This document shows, piece after piece, positions 9,911 to 20,794 of a DNA stretch of 64,000 nt. The stretch lies in IMG/VR virus record IMGVR_UViG_3300032294_002400. The stretch is one strand, 5' to 3'. Source of the DNA: an uncultured virus (IMG/VR IMGVR_UViG_3300032294_002400). Lineage: Duplodnaviria > Heunggongvirae > Uroviricota > Caudoviricetes. A program made the translations under genes and the position numbers. The notes beneath the pieces were generated by a model. It was not told the DNA's origin. It saw nothing but the letters and a program-made list of their open reading frames with translations, and searched no databases. Every line of letters starts with the position of its first letter. Within the stretch, counting starts at the first letter, position 1.

Positions 9911-10320
9911 ATCTCTGGCCCTACATTAATGGAAAAGCACTCGTGAACGGAATAAACTTAAAAGAAATGGAGGCAAGCGACATGCTAGACGTCTTGCACT
10001 ACTTCTTTGAAGATGATCTTTTCTACTCTTCTGTTGAGCAGGCAGATGGCAGAGATCGTTCACGTGAGGCTATCTATAGGGACTTCTACAACTCTTCCTA
10101 CGCTTACTCTACTAAGGCAGGCTCTAATACAGCAGGCGGAGGCGTTAGTAAGAACTTTGACAACTTTGAGTTTATGTCTGAAGAGGAAGAAGAAAAGATA
10201 GTTCCGTTTGATCCTTTACAAAAGCAAAAAGCAATTAAGCCTTTCATTAAGCCAACAAGTGTAAACGCGGCAGCAGCTCAGCCATTTGGCGATATGCTCG
10301 ACGGTCCGATTACTCGATAA
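9856..10320 (+). CDS. Tail assembly chaperone C-terminal extension (gpT-like), probably via -1 frameshift
   Basis: The -1 frame is open from 9856, overlapping the end of the previous ORF. It reads ..SLLSWGIDLWPYINGKALVNG.. into the listed 9943 ORF. Confidence 0.6.
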   Translation, partial: SVLFAPERGARSLLSWGIDLWPYINGKALVNGINLKEMEASDMLDVLHYFFEDDLFYSSVEQADGRDRSREAIYRDFYNSSYAYSTKAGSNTAGGGVSKNFDNFEFMSEEEEEKIVPFDPLQKQKAIKPFIKPTSVNAAAAQPFGDMLDGPITR

Positions 10321-10355
10321 GAATATTAGAAAAGAAATAGGAAGGAGGTGACCAA

Positions 10356-13300
10356 GTGGCAGTAATTGGCGACGCGTACATAGTTGTAAGAGCTATAACA
10401 ACTGGCTTTGAAAATGAAGTTAAAAGAGCAGCAAGTGGTATCAATCTAGAGCGTGATGGAAAAAGCGTAGGAAGAAGTTTTTCTAACGGATTTAACTCTG
10501 GAGTTGGAGACAGTCTAGCAAACTCTTTTGGCAAGTTTGGCAAAGAAGCTTTGCAAGCCCGTGCGCAATTCCAATCCTTAGTAAGAACTGGATACACGCT
10601 TGGTCCCTTACTTTCTATTCTTCTTTCTGGTATTGGATCTCTTGCTGGAGGTTTTGTAGCTCTTGCTGGAACGGTTGCGGGAGCTATTCCATCTCTCGTA
10701 GTCTTACCAGGTATATTTACTGCAATTGGTCTATCTGCTGTTACTGCGTTTGCTGCATTTTCCGGTGTAGGAGGCGCTATTTCCGCGGGGCTTAAAGCTG
10801 CAAAGAAAGCTACTGCCGACAACACCGCTGCAAAGATTGCAGCTGCCCGTCGCATTGAAGATATTGAAAAGCGTATTGACAAGCTGCGCGAAGACGGAAT
10901 GCGTCTTGACCGTGACCGAATTCAAGATATGGTTGAGGCAGAAGAAGATAAAGTTAATGCCATCGCCGAAGCCGCAGCTGATGAAGAAGAAGCGTACGCT
11001 AAACTAGCTTTAGTAAAAGAAAAAAATACGGAGTCAATGATAGAGGCGAATAACCGCCTCAAGGATGCGCAGCTTGAACTTACAAAAGCATTGGAAGACG
11101 GCCGTGAAGAAATTCAGCAGATTGGCTTTGACGCAGAGGACGCAGCTCTTTCAGAGAAGCGCGCATCTATTACTCTTGAAAAAGCTCGTGAGACATTACA
11201 GCGTACTCAAGATCTACCTCCAAATTCCCGCGCTCGTCGTGAAGCACAGCTTGCGTTTGCTGAGGCTGAACTTGGTCTACGTCGCGCTAAGGATAAGAAT
11301 GCAGATCTTCAAAAACAACAAGATAAGCTAGCTGGAGATCCTAAAAATACTGCTGGGTACATCAATGCACTAGAGCGTCAAGAAGAGGCACAGGCAAACG
11401 TCGCTCAAACTGCACGTGACGCACTGCGTAGCCAGCAAGAGGCTGAAGCAAACATCACAGCTGTTAAGCTTGAAAACACACAAAAAATTCTTGATGCAGA
11501 AAAGAAAATTGCTGACGTAAAGCAAAGATATCAAGATCGCGAAGCAGACATTATTCGTCAAATTCAAGACGCGTATGATGATCTTGAAAGAGCATTAGAA
11601 GACCAGGCAAAAGCGAATAAAGGCGCTGCTGCCGGAGTTGACGCATACGCAGACGCTTTGGCTGGTCTTTCTCCAGCTGCCCGTAAATTTGTAAAGTATA
11701 TGGTTGGTACATTTATACCAGCACTTAAGAAAATTAGAGACGCTGTAGCCGAGACGCTACTGCCAGCAGTGCAAGAAGGTTTAGAAAAACTTCGCACTAA
11801 GCTGTTCCCTGCGCTTGCTCCTATGATGGCTCAATTAGGAACTTCTCTAGGAAAAGCATTTAACTCTGTTATCGATGTGATTGTTGATCCAAAGAATATT
11901 AAAGACCTTGGTAAAGTTTTTGAGCAGTCAGGGTATGTCGTCGAAGGTCTTGGTAAGACAATTGGCAATGTCTATGATTCTATTCTTTCTACCCTTGTAG
12001 GCGCTGATCCTCTTATTCGCAAATTTACTGATTTTCTTTCTAAGAAAACAGGCGACTTTGCTAAGTTCTTAGACACAAAGCAAGCCTCTGGCGAGCTTGA
12101 AACGTTCTTTAATAAGGCAGGAGAAATCGCTGCCAAGTGGGGCGAAGTTTTTGGCAATGTCTTTAGTGGTGCGGTAAATATCGTAAAGTCAATTTTTGCT
12201 CCAGGAGGCGCAGGAGACTTTATTCTTACATGGTTTAGAGATGCTACCGCAGAGTTTGAAAAGTTTTCTGGATCTGCTGCAGGACAAAACCAACTTGCAA
12301 CATACTTTAAAGACGTTGCTGTCAACTCTCGCGCAGTTCTTGGCTCACTAGGCGCTTTTGTTAAAGAAATTCTAAAGGCTGGCGCTGATCCAAACGTTAA
12401 AGTCTTTTTTGACATATTAAAAGAAGCAGCACCATCTTTTGGTGAAATTTTAAGGCAAGCAAACGCGGCTGCCCCTTCACTTGCAAAGTTCGTTGTTTCG
12501 CTTACTAAATTTGCTGCCGTAACTCTTTCTACTGGCGCTATTCAAACCTTTTTTGGCATCTTAACAAAGGCCTTAGACGCTTTAACTAAGGTTATGGAAA
12601 ATCCCGCTGTTAAAAAAATATTTGATGTTACAGCAAGAATATTTGCAGCATTTTCTGCTATTGGACTTATCGGCAGCGTAGTTGGATTTGGTGTAAAAGT
12701 TATTGTTGGAAGTTTTCTTGCATTTATCAACGTAGTAGGTAAGGTTATTAAATTCGGAGGATTTTTGCTAAAAACACTAGGACTTTTACTAAAAGGACTA
12801 GGATTTTTAGCAAAGCTTATAGCCGGAGTAATAATAAAGGCAGTAGTAGCTTTTATAAAAGTCCTTAATCTTTTAAGAATAGCATTACTTGCAAATCCCA
12901 TCGGAGCAGTGGTTATAGCAATAGCTGCGTTAGTTGCAGCTTTTGTAATTCTTTATAAGAAAAATGAAGCGTTTAGAGAATTAGTGCAGAAAGTCTGGGC
13001 GGCAATAAAAGACGCGATAGGGTCAGTAATTGATTTTCTTATCCCTATATTTAAGACCCTGTGGGACGGACTAAGTAAGGGACTTGAACTCGCCTGGGCA
13101 GGAATACAAAAAGTCTGGGATTTAATAGTTGCAGGAGTTAAGATCTATATAGGTCTTATAACAACTGTAATTAAGTTTGTATGGGATATCCTTAAGAAGG
13201 GGCTTGAACTTGCTTGGGCCGGAATAAAAATTGTTTGGGATCTAATTGTTGCTGGAGTTAAGATCTATATAGGTCTTGTAACAACTGCAATTAAGTTTGT

Positions 13301-13955
13301 ATGGGACATCCTTAAAACAGGACTTGAACTCGCCTGGGCAGGAATAAAACTAGTCTGGGACACAATTGTTTCAGGAGTTAAGGGCCTAGCAACAAGAATT
13401 AAAGACGCTGGCGTTGCCATGTGGACATGGCTAACTACCGGTATAGGAACTGCATGGACTTCTGTGCAAGCTAAGTTCACTGAAATTGTTACAGGGGTTA
13501 AGGCGTTGCCTGGAAGAATTGGAAGCGGCCTTAGCAGCATATGGAGCGGCCTAACAGAAGGCCTACAGATTGCATGGAAAAATGCAAAGGCTTGGTGGAA
13601 TGCCAACGTAGCAAGTAAGAAATTAAAAATTGGTGGAGCGACTGTTCTTGGAAAAACTCTTCCAAGTTTTACACTAGGTTTCCCACAGCTAGCAGAAGGC
13701 GGAATTATTTCTCCTACGCGCGGTGGCACCCTGGCGGTTATTGGAGAAGCTGGACGCTCAGAGCGCGTTGAGCCTCTTGATCCGCAAGGCTTGTCTAATC
13801 GAGATCGCGCTATGATTCAAATGCTAGCTGGCAGTTCTACTAGCGGCTCTAGCAATGTTATTAACGTCTACCCATCACAGGGTATGAATGAGGCAGAACT
13901 TGCATCTATGATTTCACGTCAAATCGCATTCCAACTTCGTCGCGGAGGAGCATAA
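10356..13955 (+). CDS. Tape measure protein
   Basis: 1199 aa, Ala/Gly-rich helical protein with coiled-coil and hydrophobic segments, Trp-spaced repeats, and C-terminal LAEGGI..GEAG..E.V.PL. Confidence 0.93.
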   Translation: MAVIGDAYIVVRAITTGFENEVKRAASGINLERDGKSVGRSFSNGFNSGVGDSLANSFGKFGKEALQARAQFQSLVRTGYTLGPLLSILLSGIGSLAGGFVALAGTVAGAIPSLVVLPGIFTAIGLSAVTAFAAFSGVGGAISAGLKAAKKATADNTAAKIAAARRIEDIEKRIDKLREDGMRLDRDRIQDMVEAEEDKVNAIAEAAADEEEAYAKLALVKEKNTESMIEANNRLKDAQLELTKALEDGREEIQQIGFDAEDAALSEKRASITLEKARETLQRTQDLPPNSRARREAQLAFAEAELGLRRAKDKNADLQKQQDKLAGDPKNTAGYINALERQEEAQANVAQTARDALRSQQEAEANITAVKLENTQKILDAEKKIADVKQRYQDREADIIRQIQDAYDDLERALEDQAKANKGAAAGVDAYADALAGLSPAARKFVKYMVGTFIPALKKIRDAVAETLLPAVQEGLEKLRTKLFPALAPMMAQLGTSLGKAFNSVIDVIVDPKNIKDLGKVFEQSGYVVEGLGKTIGNVYDSILSTLVGADPLIRKFTDFLSKKTGDFAKFLDTKQASGELETFFNKAGEIAAKWGEVFGNVFSGAVNIVKSIFAPGGAGDFILTWFRDATAEFEKFSGSAAGQNQLATYFKDVAVNSRAVLGSLGAFVKEILKAGADPNVKVFFDILKEAAPSFGEILRQANAAAPSLAKFVVSLTKFAAVTLSTGAIQTFFGILTKALDALTKVMENPAVKKIFDVTARIFAAFSAIGLIGSVVGFGVKVIVGSFLAFINVVGKVIKFGGFLLKTLGLLLKGLGFLAKLIAGVIIKAVVAFIKVLNLLRIALLANPIGAVVIAIAALVAAFVILYKKNEAFRELVQKVWAAIKDAIGSVIDFLIPIFKTLWDGLSKGLELAWAGIQKVWDLIVAGVKIYIGLITTVIKFVWDILKKGLELAWAGIKIVWDLIVAGVKIYIGLVTTAIKFVWDILKTGLELAWAGIKLVWDTIVSGVKGLATRIKDAGVAMWTWLTTGIGTAWTSVQAKFTEIVTGVKALPGRIGSGLSSIWSGLTEGLQIAWKNAKAWWNANVASKKLKIGGATVLGKTLPSFTLGFPQLAEGGIISPTRGGTLAVIGEAGRSERVEPLDPQGLSNRDRAMIQMLAGSSTSGSSNVINVYPSQGMNEAELASMISRQIAFQLRRGGA
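13073..13382 (+). repeat. 120-bp (40-aa) tandem repeats within the tape measure gene
   Basis: G(A/G)CTTGAACT.GC.TGGGC.GGAATA recurs at 13081, 13201 and 13321. Confidence 0.85.
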
Positions 13956-13956
13956 T

Positions 13957-15594
13957 ATGGCGAGAAATAACCTAATCGTCAACCCTTCGTTTAAGACAAA
14001 CACAAGCGGTTGGTCTGCTACAGGATCTTCAACTATCGCGCGTATCACTACCGACGCGTTCTTTGGTTCTTCCTGCTTGCAGGTTACAAAGGCCGCAAGC
14101 GCAAACTCAGGCGTGTCCATTGCGTCTCGTATTTCTGTAACTGCCGCAACATCATATGCGGTTGCAGCATATGTAAAGGTGCCTGCGGGAGAAGAAACTG
14201 GCACCTTCCAAATTAACGTTAGCTGGTATACCGCGTTGACAGGCGGTAGCCTTATCTCCACAACGTCCACAATCGGTTTAGAGAACACTCCAGGTGATGA
14301 CTGGGTAAGACTAATGGCCGTAATGACCGCGCCTTCATTGGCCCTTGGAGCGTCAATTTCAATTGTCCAGCCTGTAGCTGGAACAGCAGGTAAAAAATTC
14401 TATGTAGATGCGACCATGTTTGAGGCTGCAACGTACGTAGGCGAGTATTTTGATGATGTAACGCAGGCGACTGAGAACAAGTTCGTTAACCTTGGGCTTA
14501 CGCCTCTACCTTTCCCTAAGATCACAGGAATGCAGCTTAACGCTGACGTTTCTATTGGAAGCCTTATTCTTAACACGGTAGATGAAAACGGTGTTGTCTG
14601 GGTGTGCACGGACATTGAAGGTTGGTGGGTTCATCCTGAGCCGGAGGTACGCGATATTCCTCGCGGCTGGGGAGACGGATCCTATGACGTGCGCGGACGC
14701 TACCAAGCTCGTCAAATTACTCTTAACGGAGTCTTTCTTACTCCAGACCCATCGCTAGTTCAAGTGTCAAGAGATAAGCTTATCCAGGAGACAGATCTCG
14801 TATACGTCGGCGGATGGTTAAAGACAAATGAAAATCCTACCAAGGCTTCGTTTGTTCGTTTATCTGGTCAACCAGATATCCAAACTGTAAACGCTCGTGG
14901 ACGCACAGAGTTTTCTATCGGGCTTCGTGCACCAGACCCTCTTAAGTATGAGTGGTACGAAGGGCATGAACTAGGCTATCGTGCGGTGACGATTGCAGGA
15001 GAAGATTCAGGAACTCCTGGATCTGGCACTGGCACAGTTACAAATACAGGAAACGCATACTCACCTGTCATATTTGAAGTTACAGGCCCTCTTACTGGTC
15101 CCGCGACTATTCTTAACGAGACAACTAACGAATCTATTACTATCATCGGCGCGTTGCGTGGAGTCTTAACACCTACCGTTTCTAACAAGGCTTTAACAGG
15201 AAACATTGCTACGCTAACTACGTCGGCAGCGCATGGGCTTCTCGAAGGCGATGTGGTAGTCGTATCAGGTGTTGACTCTACATTTAACGGTACCTTTACA
15301 ATATTAACTGTTCCGACAACTACTACGCTTACCTATGCTAAAACCGCTACCAACGTAGTGTCTGAAGCTTCCTCTGGCACAATTACGTCTACAGCAGACA
15401 TTCTTGAAATTGATACACGAGATCACGAGGTTGCTCTTAACGGAGACGCGGTCGGCAAGCGTAGTCTTATCGATGTTCTTGCAGAGTGGACGTTACTAGC
15501 TCCTGGCGCAAACGTATTTAGTTTCTATGATGAAGGAGATCTAACAAGCTCTGCTTCTTTGACTGTATATTACCGCTCTGCATGGCTTGGATAG
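13957..15594 (+). CDS. Distal tail (Dit-like) protein with N-terminal carbohydrate-binding-like domain
   Basis: Follows the tape measure. N-terminal NLIVNPSF..W CBM-like jelly-roll; Dit motifs (R.ITL.G, APDP..Y, N.GNA..P, W..L.PG.N). Confidence 0.75.
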   Translation: MARNNLIVNPSFKTNTSGWSATGSSTIARITTDAFFGSSCLQVTKAASANSGVSIASRISVTAATSYAVAAYVKVPAGEETGTFQINVSWYTALTGGSLISTTSTIGLENTPGDDWVRLMAVMTAPSLALGASISIVQPVAGTAGKKFYVDATMFEAATYVGEYFDDVTQATENKFVNLGLTPLPFPKITGMQLNADVSIGSLILNTVDENGVVWVCTDIEGWWVHPEPEVRDIPRGWGDGSYDVRGRYQARQITLNGVFLTPDPSLVQVSRDKLIQETDLVYVGGWLKTNENPTKASFVRLSGQPDIQTVNARGRTEFSIGLRAPDPLKYEWYEGHELGYRAVTIAGEDSGTPGSGTGTVTNTGNAYSPVIFEVTGPLTGPATILNETTNESITIIGALRGVLTPTVSNKALTGNIATLTTSAAHGLLEGDVVVVSGVDSTFNGTFTILTVPTTTTLTYAKTATNVVSEASSGTITSTADILEIDTRDHEVALNGDAVGKRSLIDVLAEWTLLAPGANVFSFYDEGDLTSSASLTVYYRSAWLG

Positions 15595-15639
15595 TATACA
15601 ATGTATTCAACGACGAATCTACTTAGTGAGGTATAACCA

Positions 15640-17607
15640 ATGGCACTGTATCCATCAGACGCAGCCGTATATAGATACTTTACTACCGATCTTTTAACTA
15701 ATCAAATTCTTGCGGAGATTCCTTTCAAGGGTGTTTCATTTGAACGCTCGATTAAGGCCGCGGGAAGCTTTAATGGAAACATTCCAGTTATCCCAGAGAC
15801 AGCCTCAATGGATCTTTATAACAGCACTATGCCGGGAAAAACTGGACTGTACGTTGTGCGCGACAGCGAGTGCGTATGGGGCGGAATTATTTGGAACCGG
15901 AATTACAACGTCGTTGAGCGCGAACTAAGCGTTAGCGCGTCAGAGTTTACTAGCTACTTCTACCATCGTAACATCTGGAAGACATGGACACATGATTTTG
16001 GCGCAACCATCGTTGCCTCTGGCGGAACGTTAACTGGAACCTTAGAAGCTTTAGAGTACGACTTCCCTGTTGGCTCGTCGGTGCGTCTTATCTTCCCTGA
16101 GGTTTCGGACTTTGTCTACAACTCGTACTACACAATTGCGTCTTCTCCTACAAACAGCACGTTTACTATTACTGGAACATCCGTACCTAACGGCACATAC
16201 GTCGGTGTAACAGTTTATGCACGCGTTGATACATATGACTACGTACGCCAATTACTTGACGAGATCCTCGTTGACTTTAGCGACATAACGTTTCCTAATA
16301 CGGACATCGAGCCAGCACTTACTACAAGCCTTCAAATTACGTCTATTGCCGCGCCTTCAAGTATTACTACTATAACTACAGCCGAGCCGCATGGGTTAAT
16401 ACCTACACAGACAATAGAGATCTATAACGTGTCTAACGATCTCAACGGATTGTGGGACGTTACCGCAACTCCAAGCGACACTACATTTACTATTGCGTCT
16501 GCCTTGACAGCGTCTGTTAAAAACCTAACAAGAACGGTCACGTCTAAGTCAATTGCTGATTTTACCGCGACAATTACTACAAGCGGATCTCATGGTTTTG
16601 CAGCGGGAGATACGGTTGTGCTTAGCGGTGTTGATGATCCAGCGTCTCTTGTTATTGTATTTGACGGAGAGTATCAAATAGTTGACACGCCAAGCGCTAC
16701 TACGTTTAGAGTATATGTTGCAGACAGCGATATGGTTGCAACGGCGGTAACAGGCGGAACGGCGGTTGTTCAGTCAACAGCAAACGCAGGAACGTACGGA
16801 CCGTTTCCTGGAAACTCTGACATTGACATCGAATACTCCACAAACGCCTACAGCGGTAAGAACGTGCCTAACAACTCATACCGCGGATACGAACTACGCT
16901 CCGTCGGTGAAGAGCTCGATGAGTACTCTGACACCGTAGACGGCTTCGAGTATCGCATTGACTGTGCGCTTGTCTACATCGGAGACATTCCTACGTTTAC
17001 ACGCACGTTTGTTTTGCTTCCTATTGACTTTCCGAATCCTCCAGCTGAGGGAGAAGTCTCGCCACCAAGTCGCTACGGAGCAGATGAGCTAGTCTTCGAG
17101 TACCCTGGAAGTATTATTGATGTGACAATGGAAGAGTCTGCCGAGGACGCGGCAACACGTTTCTTTGTTGTTGGAAATATTCCAGATCTTGGTGAGGATA
17201 TTAGCCAACCGTACGCGGTTGCATCTGCGACTGATCTTTTACTAGCAGGTTGGCCTTTGCTTGACGCAGAGGAGACAAGAAGCGAAGAGTCTGATGAACT
17301 AGCGCTGTATGGGCACGCGCAACGCTATCTTGCAGAAGCACGTCCACCTATCTCAGACATCAAGGTAAAGGTTAACGGATCTCTATCTCCTAAGATCGGC
17401 GAGTTTGTTCCAGGAGACTGGTGCTCGATTATCGTTGAAGACGAATTTGTAAGAATGCGTCTTGCAAGTGACCTTGAAGTTCGCGACACGGTAATCGTTC
17501 GTAAGATCGAAGGATTTAAGGTTTCAGTCCCAGATACGCCAAGTTTTCCAGAGGAGACTGAGCTTCTACTAGTTACAGAGCCGGAGGTTGACAAGATTGG
17601 CGAGTAG
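15640..17607 (+). CDS. Baseplate hub / minor tail protein
   Basis: YRYFTTDLLT..LAEIP, VVRD..CVWGGIIW and FEYPG.I motifs; follows Dit. Confidence 0.7.
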   Translation: MALYPSDAAVYRYFTTDLLTNQILAEIPFKGVSFERSIKAAGSFNGNIPVIPETASMDLYNSTMPGKTGLYVVRDSECVWGGIIWNRNYNVVERELSVSASEFTSYFYHRNIWKTWTHDFGATIVASGGTLTGTLEALEYDFPVGSSVRLIFPEVSDFVYNSYYTIASSPTNSTFTITGTSVPNGTYVGVTVYARVDTYDYVRQLLDEILVDFSDITFPNTDIEPALTTSLQITSIAAPSSITTITTAEPHGLIPTQTIEIYNVSNDLNGLWDVTATPSDTTFTIASALTASVKNLTRTVTSKSIADFTATITTSGSHGFAAGDTVVLSGVDDPASLVIVFDGEYQIVDTPSATTFRVYVADSDMVATAVTGGTAVVQSTANAGTYGPFPGNSDIDIEYSTNAYSGKNVPNNSYRGYELRSVGEELDEYSDTVDGFEYRIDCALVYIGDIPTFTRTFVLLPIDFPNPPAEGEVSPPSRYGADELVFEYPGSIIDVTMEESAEDAATRFFVVGNIPDLGEDISQPYAVASATDLLLAGWPLLDAEETRSEESDELALYGHAQRYLAEARPPISDIKVKVNGSLSPKIGEFVPGDWCSIIVEDEFVRMRLASDLEVRDTVIVRKIEGFKVSVPDTPSFPEETELLLVTEPEVDKIGE

Positions 17608-18748
17608 ACGTAGACGCCGTAAAAGTATCGGCAAGGTAATCGTTGACGTTGAGCGTCGCGTTCGTCGTGTAGAAAAACGACCTGGTGCAAAGCGTCTTAA
17701 GACTAACGTTGTAACAACTGAAAAGCTAGGATTTCGTGCAGTAAGCACAAAGGCAATTAAACCTGACGCGGTGACTGCAAATGAGGCAGCATTTGGTGTT
17801 ACCGTAGTTTCGGATACAGATCCTGCTATTGTAAAAGAAGGAACGACTGTAGTTGACCCTGGCACGGGTGCGCAAAAAGTCTACAGCGAAAACCTCGAAG
17901 ACTATATTCCTGTAACAGACCCTAATGCGCAAGCAACGGCAGATTCTAAAAATGCTAGCTACTATCAAGATAACGCACCTGCAGGGACTGACCACCAGAT
18001 TGGTGATCTTTGGATTGACACAAATGACAACGATAAGTTGTATTCTTGGGATGGTGACAGTTGGGAATTAGCACAAGACTCGGCCGCAGCATCGTCTGCC
18101 GCGCAAACAGCATATAACGCGGCGATAGCGTCACTTCAACCAAGCGCAAGCACAATTGTAAATGCTAGCAATCAGATAACTGCTGTAAACACAAACGGAA
18201 TTACTGTCTACTCTGGTGGATCGCCAACAACCGGCGCACGTATCGTTATGAACTCTGCAGGTATTGCTGGGTTTGACGCAACAAGTACTAATGCCAGCAC
18301 CGGCGCAACGTTTTCAATTAGTGCATCTACAGGCGCTGCTGTATTTAAAGGCAGTATTCAAAGCGGAAGTACTATCACTGGTGCTGCTATTACTGGTTCT
18401 TCTTTTCAGTCTACAAACTACGCTGCTGGCACTGGTATAGGTATAACTACGTCTAGCACTATAGATAGCATTAAGTTTAGATCCGGCGGTGTTGAAAGAG
18501 CTAGTTTCGACGTGGTGTCCGGTGGATTAGTTATTTCAGCTGGATTAGCGTCTATCACTATGACGGCTCTTGGAGCTATATCTATTGCTTCTGCTAGCAA
18601 TAGTCTTCTTATGAGCAATGCACCATACTTCTTATCTGGTTCTGGCTCTAATACTGCCGGTGCGTACGGAAGTATTAGAAATACATGGGCATCATCAAGT
18701 GATCCTTCTGGCGGAGATCTTGGAGACGTCTGGTTGAAGTGGATATAA
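17588..18748 (+). CDS. Minor tail / tail tip protein
   Basis: N-terminal coiled coil, GDLWIDTND..LY.WDG..W module, Gly/Ser/Thr beta-rich body, C-terminal GDVW. Confidence 0.6.
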   Translation: MTRLASRRRRRKSIGKVIVDVERRVRRVEKRPGAKRLKTNVVTTEKLGFRAVSTKAIKPDAVTANEAAFGVTVVSDTDPAIVKEGTTVVDPGTGAQKVYSENLEDYIPVTDPNAQATADSKNASYYQDNAPAGTDHQIGDLWIDTNDNDKLYSWDGDSWELAQDSAAASSAAQTAYNAAIASLQPSASTIVNASNQITAVNTNGITVYSGGSPTTGARIVMNSAGIAGFDATSTNASTGATFSISASTGAAVFKGSIQSGSTITGAAITGSSFQSTNYAAGTGIGITTSSTIDSIKFRSGGVERASFDVVSGGLVISAGLASITMTALGAISIASASNSLLMSNAPYFLSGSGSNTAGAYGSIRNTWASSSDPSGGDLGDVWLKWI

Positions 18749-18751
18749 AAA

Positions 18752-20791
18752 ATGCCAGCGTATATAAATGTTTCTAATGTATGGAAATCTGTAACAAGTC
18801 TTTATATAAAGACAGCTAGTGGAGGTCCGTTCTCTAACGGCTGGAGAACTGTTACTGACGGATATGTAAAGGTAGGGACTACAGGAGGTCCGTTCTCAAA
18901 CGGATGGCGTCGTATTTTTAGTTCTGTGCTTACTCCTGCAATTCAGTCTACAGTTACTATTTCACGTAACAACGCAACATACCCTTCGACTCTTACTGGC
19001 ACTAACTTTCATTGGACTAACTCTACTTCAATAACATACGTCTTTCAAAAGTCTTCAGACAACACTAACTGGACAAACATAGGCTCTGCAACTTCCATTT
19101 CTAATCCTTCCTCAGGATCTTCAAATACAGTAACCTATGAGCTTGCACTTGCAGATTTCCCAGCGTTTACATCCTACTTCCGCTTCGTCGTAACTGCGGT
19201 GAACTCTACGTATTCTACCTCTGCAACATCGACCAGCGGATCTGTGTCTGTGAATCGCCCTGCTCCAATTAACACCGTTGCACCTACTATCACTCCAACA
19301 TCTGGAACTGTAGGAGTTACTCAGTACAGTGTAGACAGCAATGGAACATGGGACCCCGTTGATGCGGACGGCACGTACGAGTATCTATGGCAATCGTATG
19401 ATACTCCAACTTATGTTAGCGCTCCTGGCACTAATAACTCATCTACGTACACACCGCCATCTGACTTTTTAACTTCAGGATACCTAAGTCCTATCCGCTG
19501 TCGCGTAACTGCAACAAACGCTAGTGGTTCAACAGCCGCTTTCTCTAATACAGCTACCGTGTCTCCTGTTGCGCCATCCGCTAGTAACCTTGCAACAGCA
19601 GATGGAACAGTAACTCCAGGAAATCCGTCTTCTATTACAGTTGCTAATACCGCTAATGCTAATGAAGGAAAAGTTTCTTGGACTAATGGCGCGAACGCGA
19701 CGAGTTCGTGGGTATCGTCTGTTACGCCAGGGTCTTCGTTTACCGGGACTGACGGTGGCACACTTATAACAGAGCAGCTTTTCACAATTACTTCTTCTGA
19801 CACCGCAACCGCTACCGTAAACAATAATAATAATAATAAAAGAGTTACTATCTCATGGGACCAGTCTAACGCGGCTAGCTACACCGTAAACTACACTATA
19901 ACTAACGCTGGTCTTGCAAATGGCACGTATAACACTAGCGGAAACTCTACTGCCGCCTCGGCAAGTATTACAGTAACTCTTGGAAACGTATCTGGAACTG
20001 TTCGCGCAAACAACGTCACAGTGTATCCAAATGCAAATCAAGGTGGCACAGGAGTTACCCATACACCCGCAACTGCACCATCAACGTCACCAACCAATAA
20101 GTCAAGTAGCGCTACACAGACTGGCTCGCTAACGTTTACAGCGCCTGCCCCTGTAAATTCAGTTGCACCAGCAGTAACACCTACTTCAGGAAGAATTGGA
20201 TTCACTACGTACTCTTCTACTGAAGGCACGTGGACAAACTCACCGACAACGTACGCATATCAATGGCAGTATAACGATCAAGGCGCTATATACTTAAACA
20301 TAACTGGCGCTACTAGTTCTACATACTCACCTCCTTCTAACTTTTTTTCTTCTTTTGCGAGCCCTATACGCTGTCGCGTAACTGCAACAAACGCAGGAGG
20401 GTCAACACAGGCATTTTCTAACACGGCTACTGTATCTACTACGACTGTGCCTGGTACAGTCGGGTCGCTAACTGCATCTTCCGCACTTAGCGGCACTAAC
20501 TTAAACTGGTCTGCGTCGTGGACTGCGCCAAGTGACAACGGAGGCACTGCTATTACAGGCTATAGAATATACGTCGAGCGCGCGGGATCTAGTTCTGGCC
20601 CTTGGCTAGCGACAACGACGCAAAGCCCAGCTGGAACAGGAGCCTTTACACAGGCATCACCACGCCTTGTAGCTTCCACTATAACAAGCGTCACCGGGCG
20701 TGTTACAGGTACGTCCGCTACATGGATCCGCGTCTGGGTAGCAGCAGTCAATAACACCGGCACTGGTTCATACACATCGGCAATAGGTTAA
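18752..20791 (+). CDS. Tail fibre / receptor-binding protein with Ig-like repeats and C-terminal FN3-like domain
   Basis: Two copies of P.N.VAP..TP..GTW..Y.Y.WQ..IRCRVTATNA.GS; WTAPSDNGGTAITGY..V.A.N..G.G FN3 motif. Confidence 0.7.
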   Translation: MPAYINVSNVWKSVTSLYIKTASGGPFSNGWRTVTDGYVKVGTTGGPFSNGWRRIFSSVLTPAIQSTVTISRNNATYPSTLTGTNFHWTNSTSITYVFQKSSDNTNWTNIGSATSISNPSSGSSNTVTYELALADFPAFTSYFRFVVTAVNSTYSTSATSTSGSVSVNRPAPINTVAPTITPTSGTVGVTQYSVDSNGTWDPVDADGTYEYLWQSYDTPTYVSAPGTNNSSTYTPPSDFLTSGYLSPIRCRVTATNASGSTAAFSNTATVSPVAPSASNLATADGTVTPGNPSSITVANTANANEGKVSWTNGANATSSWVSSVTPGSSFTGTDGGTLITEQLFTITSSDTATATVNNNNNNKRVTISWDQSNAASYTVNYTITNAGLANGTYNTSGNSTAASASITVTLGNVSGTVRANNVTVYPNANQGGTGVTHTPATAPSTSPTNKSSSATQTGSLTFTAPAPVNSVAPAVTPTSGRIGFTTYSSTEGTWTNSPTTYAYQWQYNDQGAIYLNITGATSSTYSPPSNFFSSFASPIRCRVTATNAGGSTQAFSNTATVSTTTVPGTVGSLTASSALSGTNLNWSASWTAPSDNGGTAITGYRIYVERAGSSSGPWLATTTQSPAGTGAFTQASPRLVASTITSVTGRVTGTSATWIRVWVAAVNNTGTGSYTSAIG

Positions 20792-20794
20792 AAC

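Noticed and set aside
10310..14288. Several 120-190-aa minus-strand ORFs over the tape measure and Dit genes
   Set aside because: Fully antisense to clear structural genes; composition mirrors the sense codons.
18752..20791. Repeated segments as diversity-generating retroelement template/variable repeats
   Set aside because: No reverse transcriptase in the window, and the differences are not adenine-specific.
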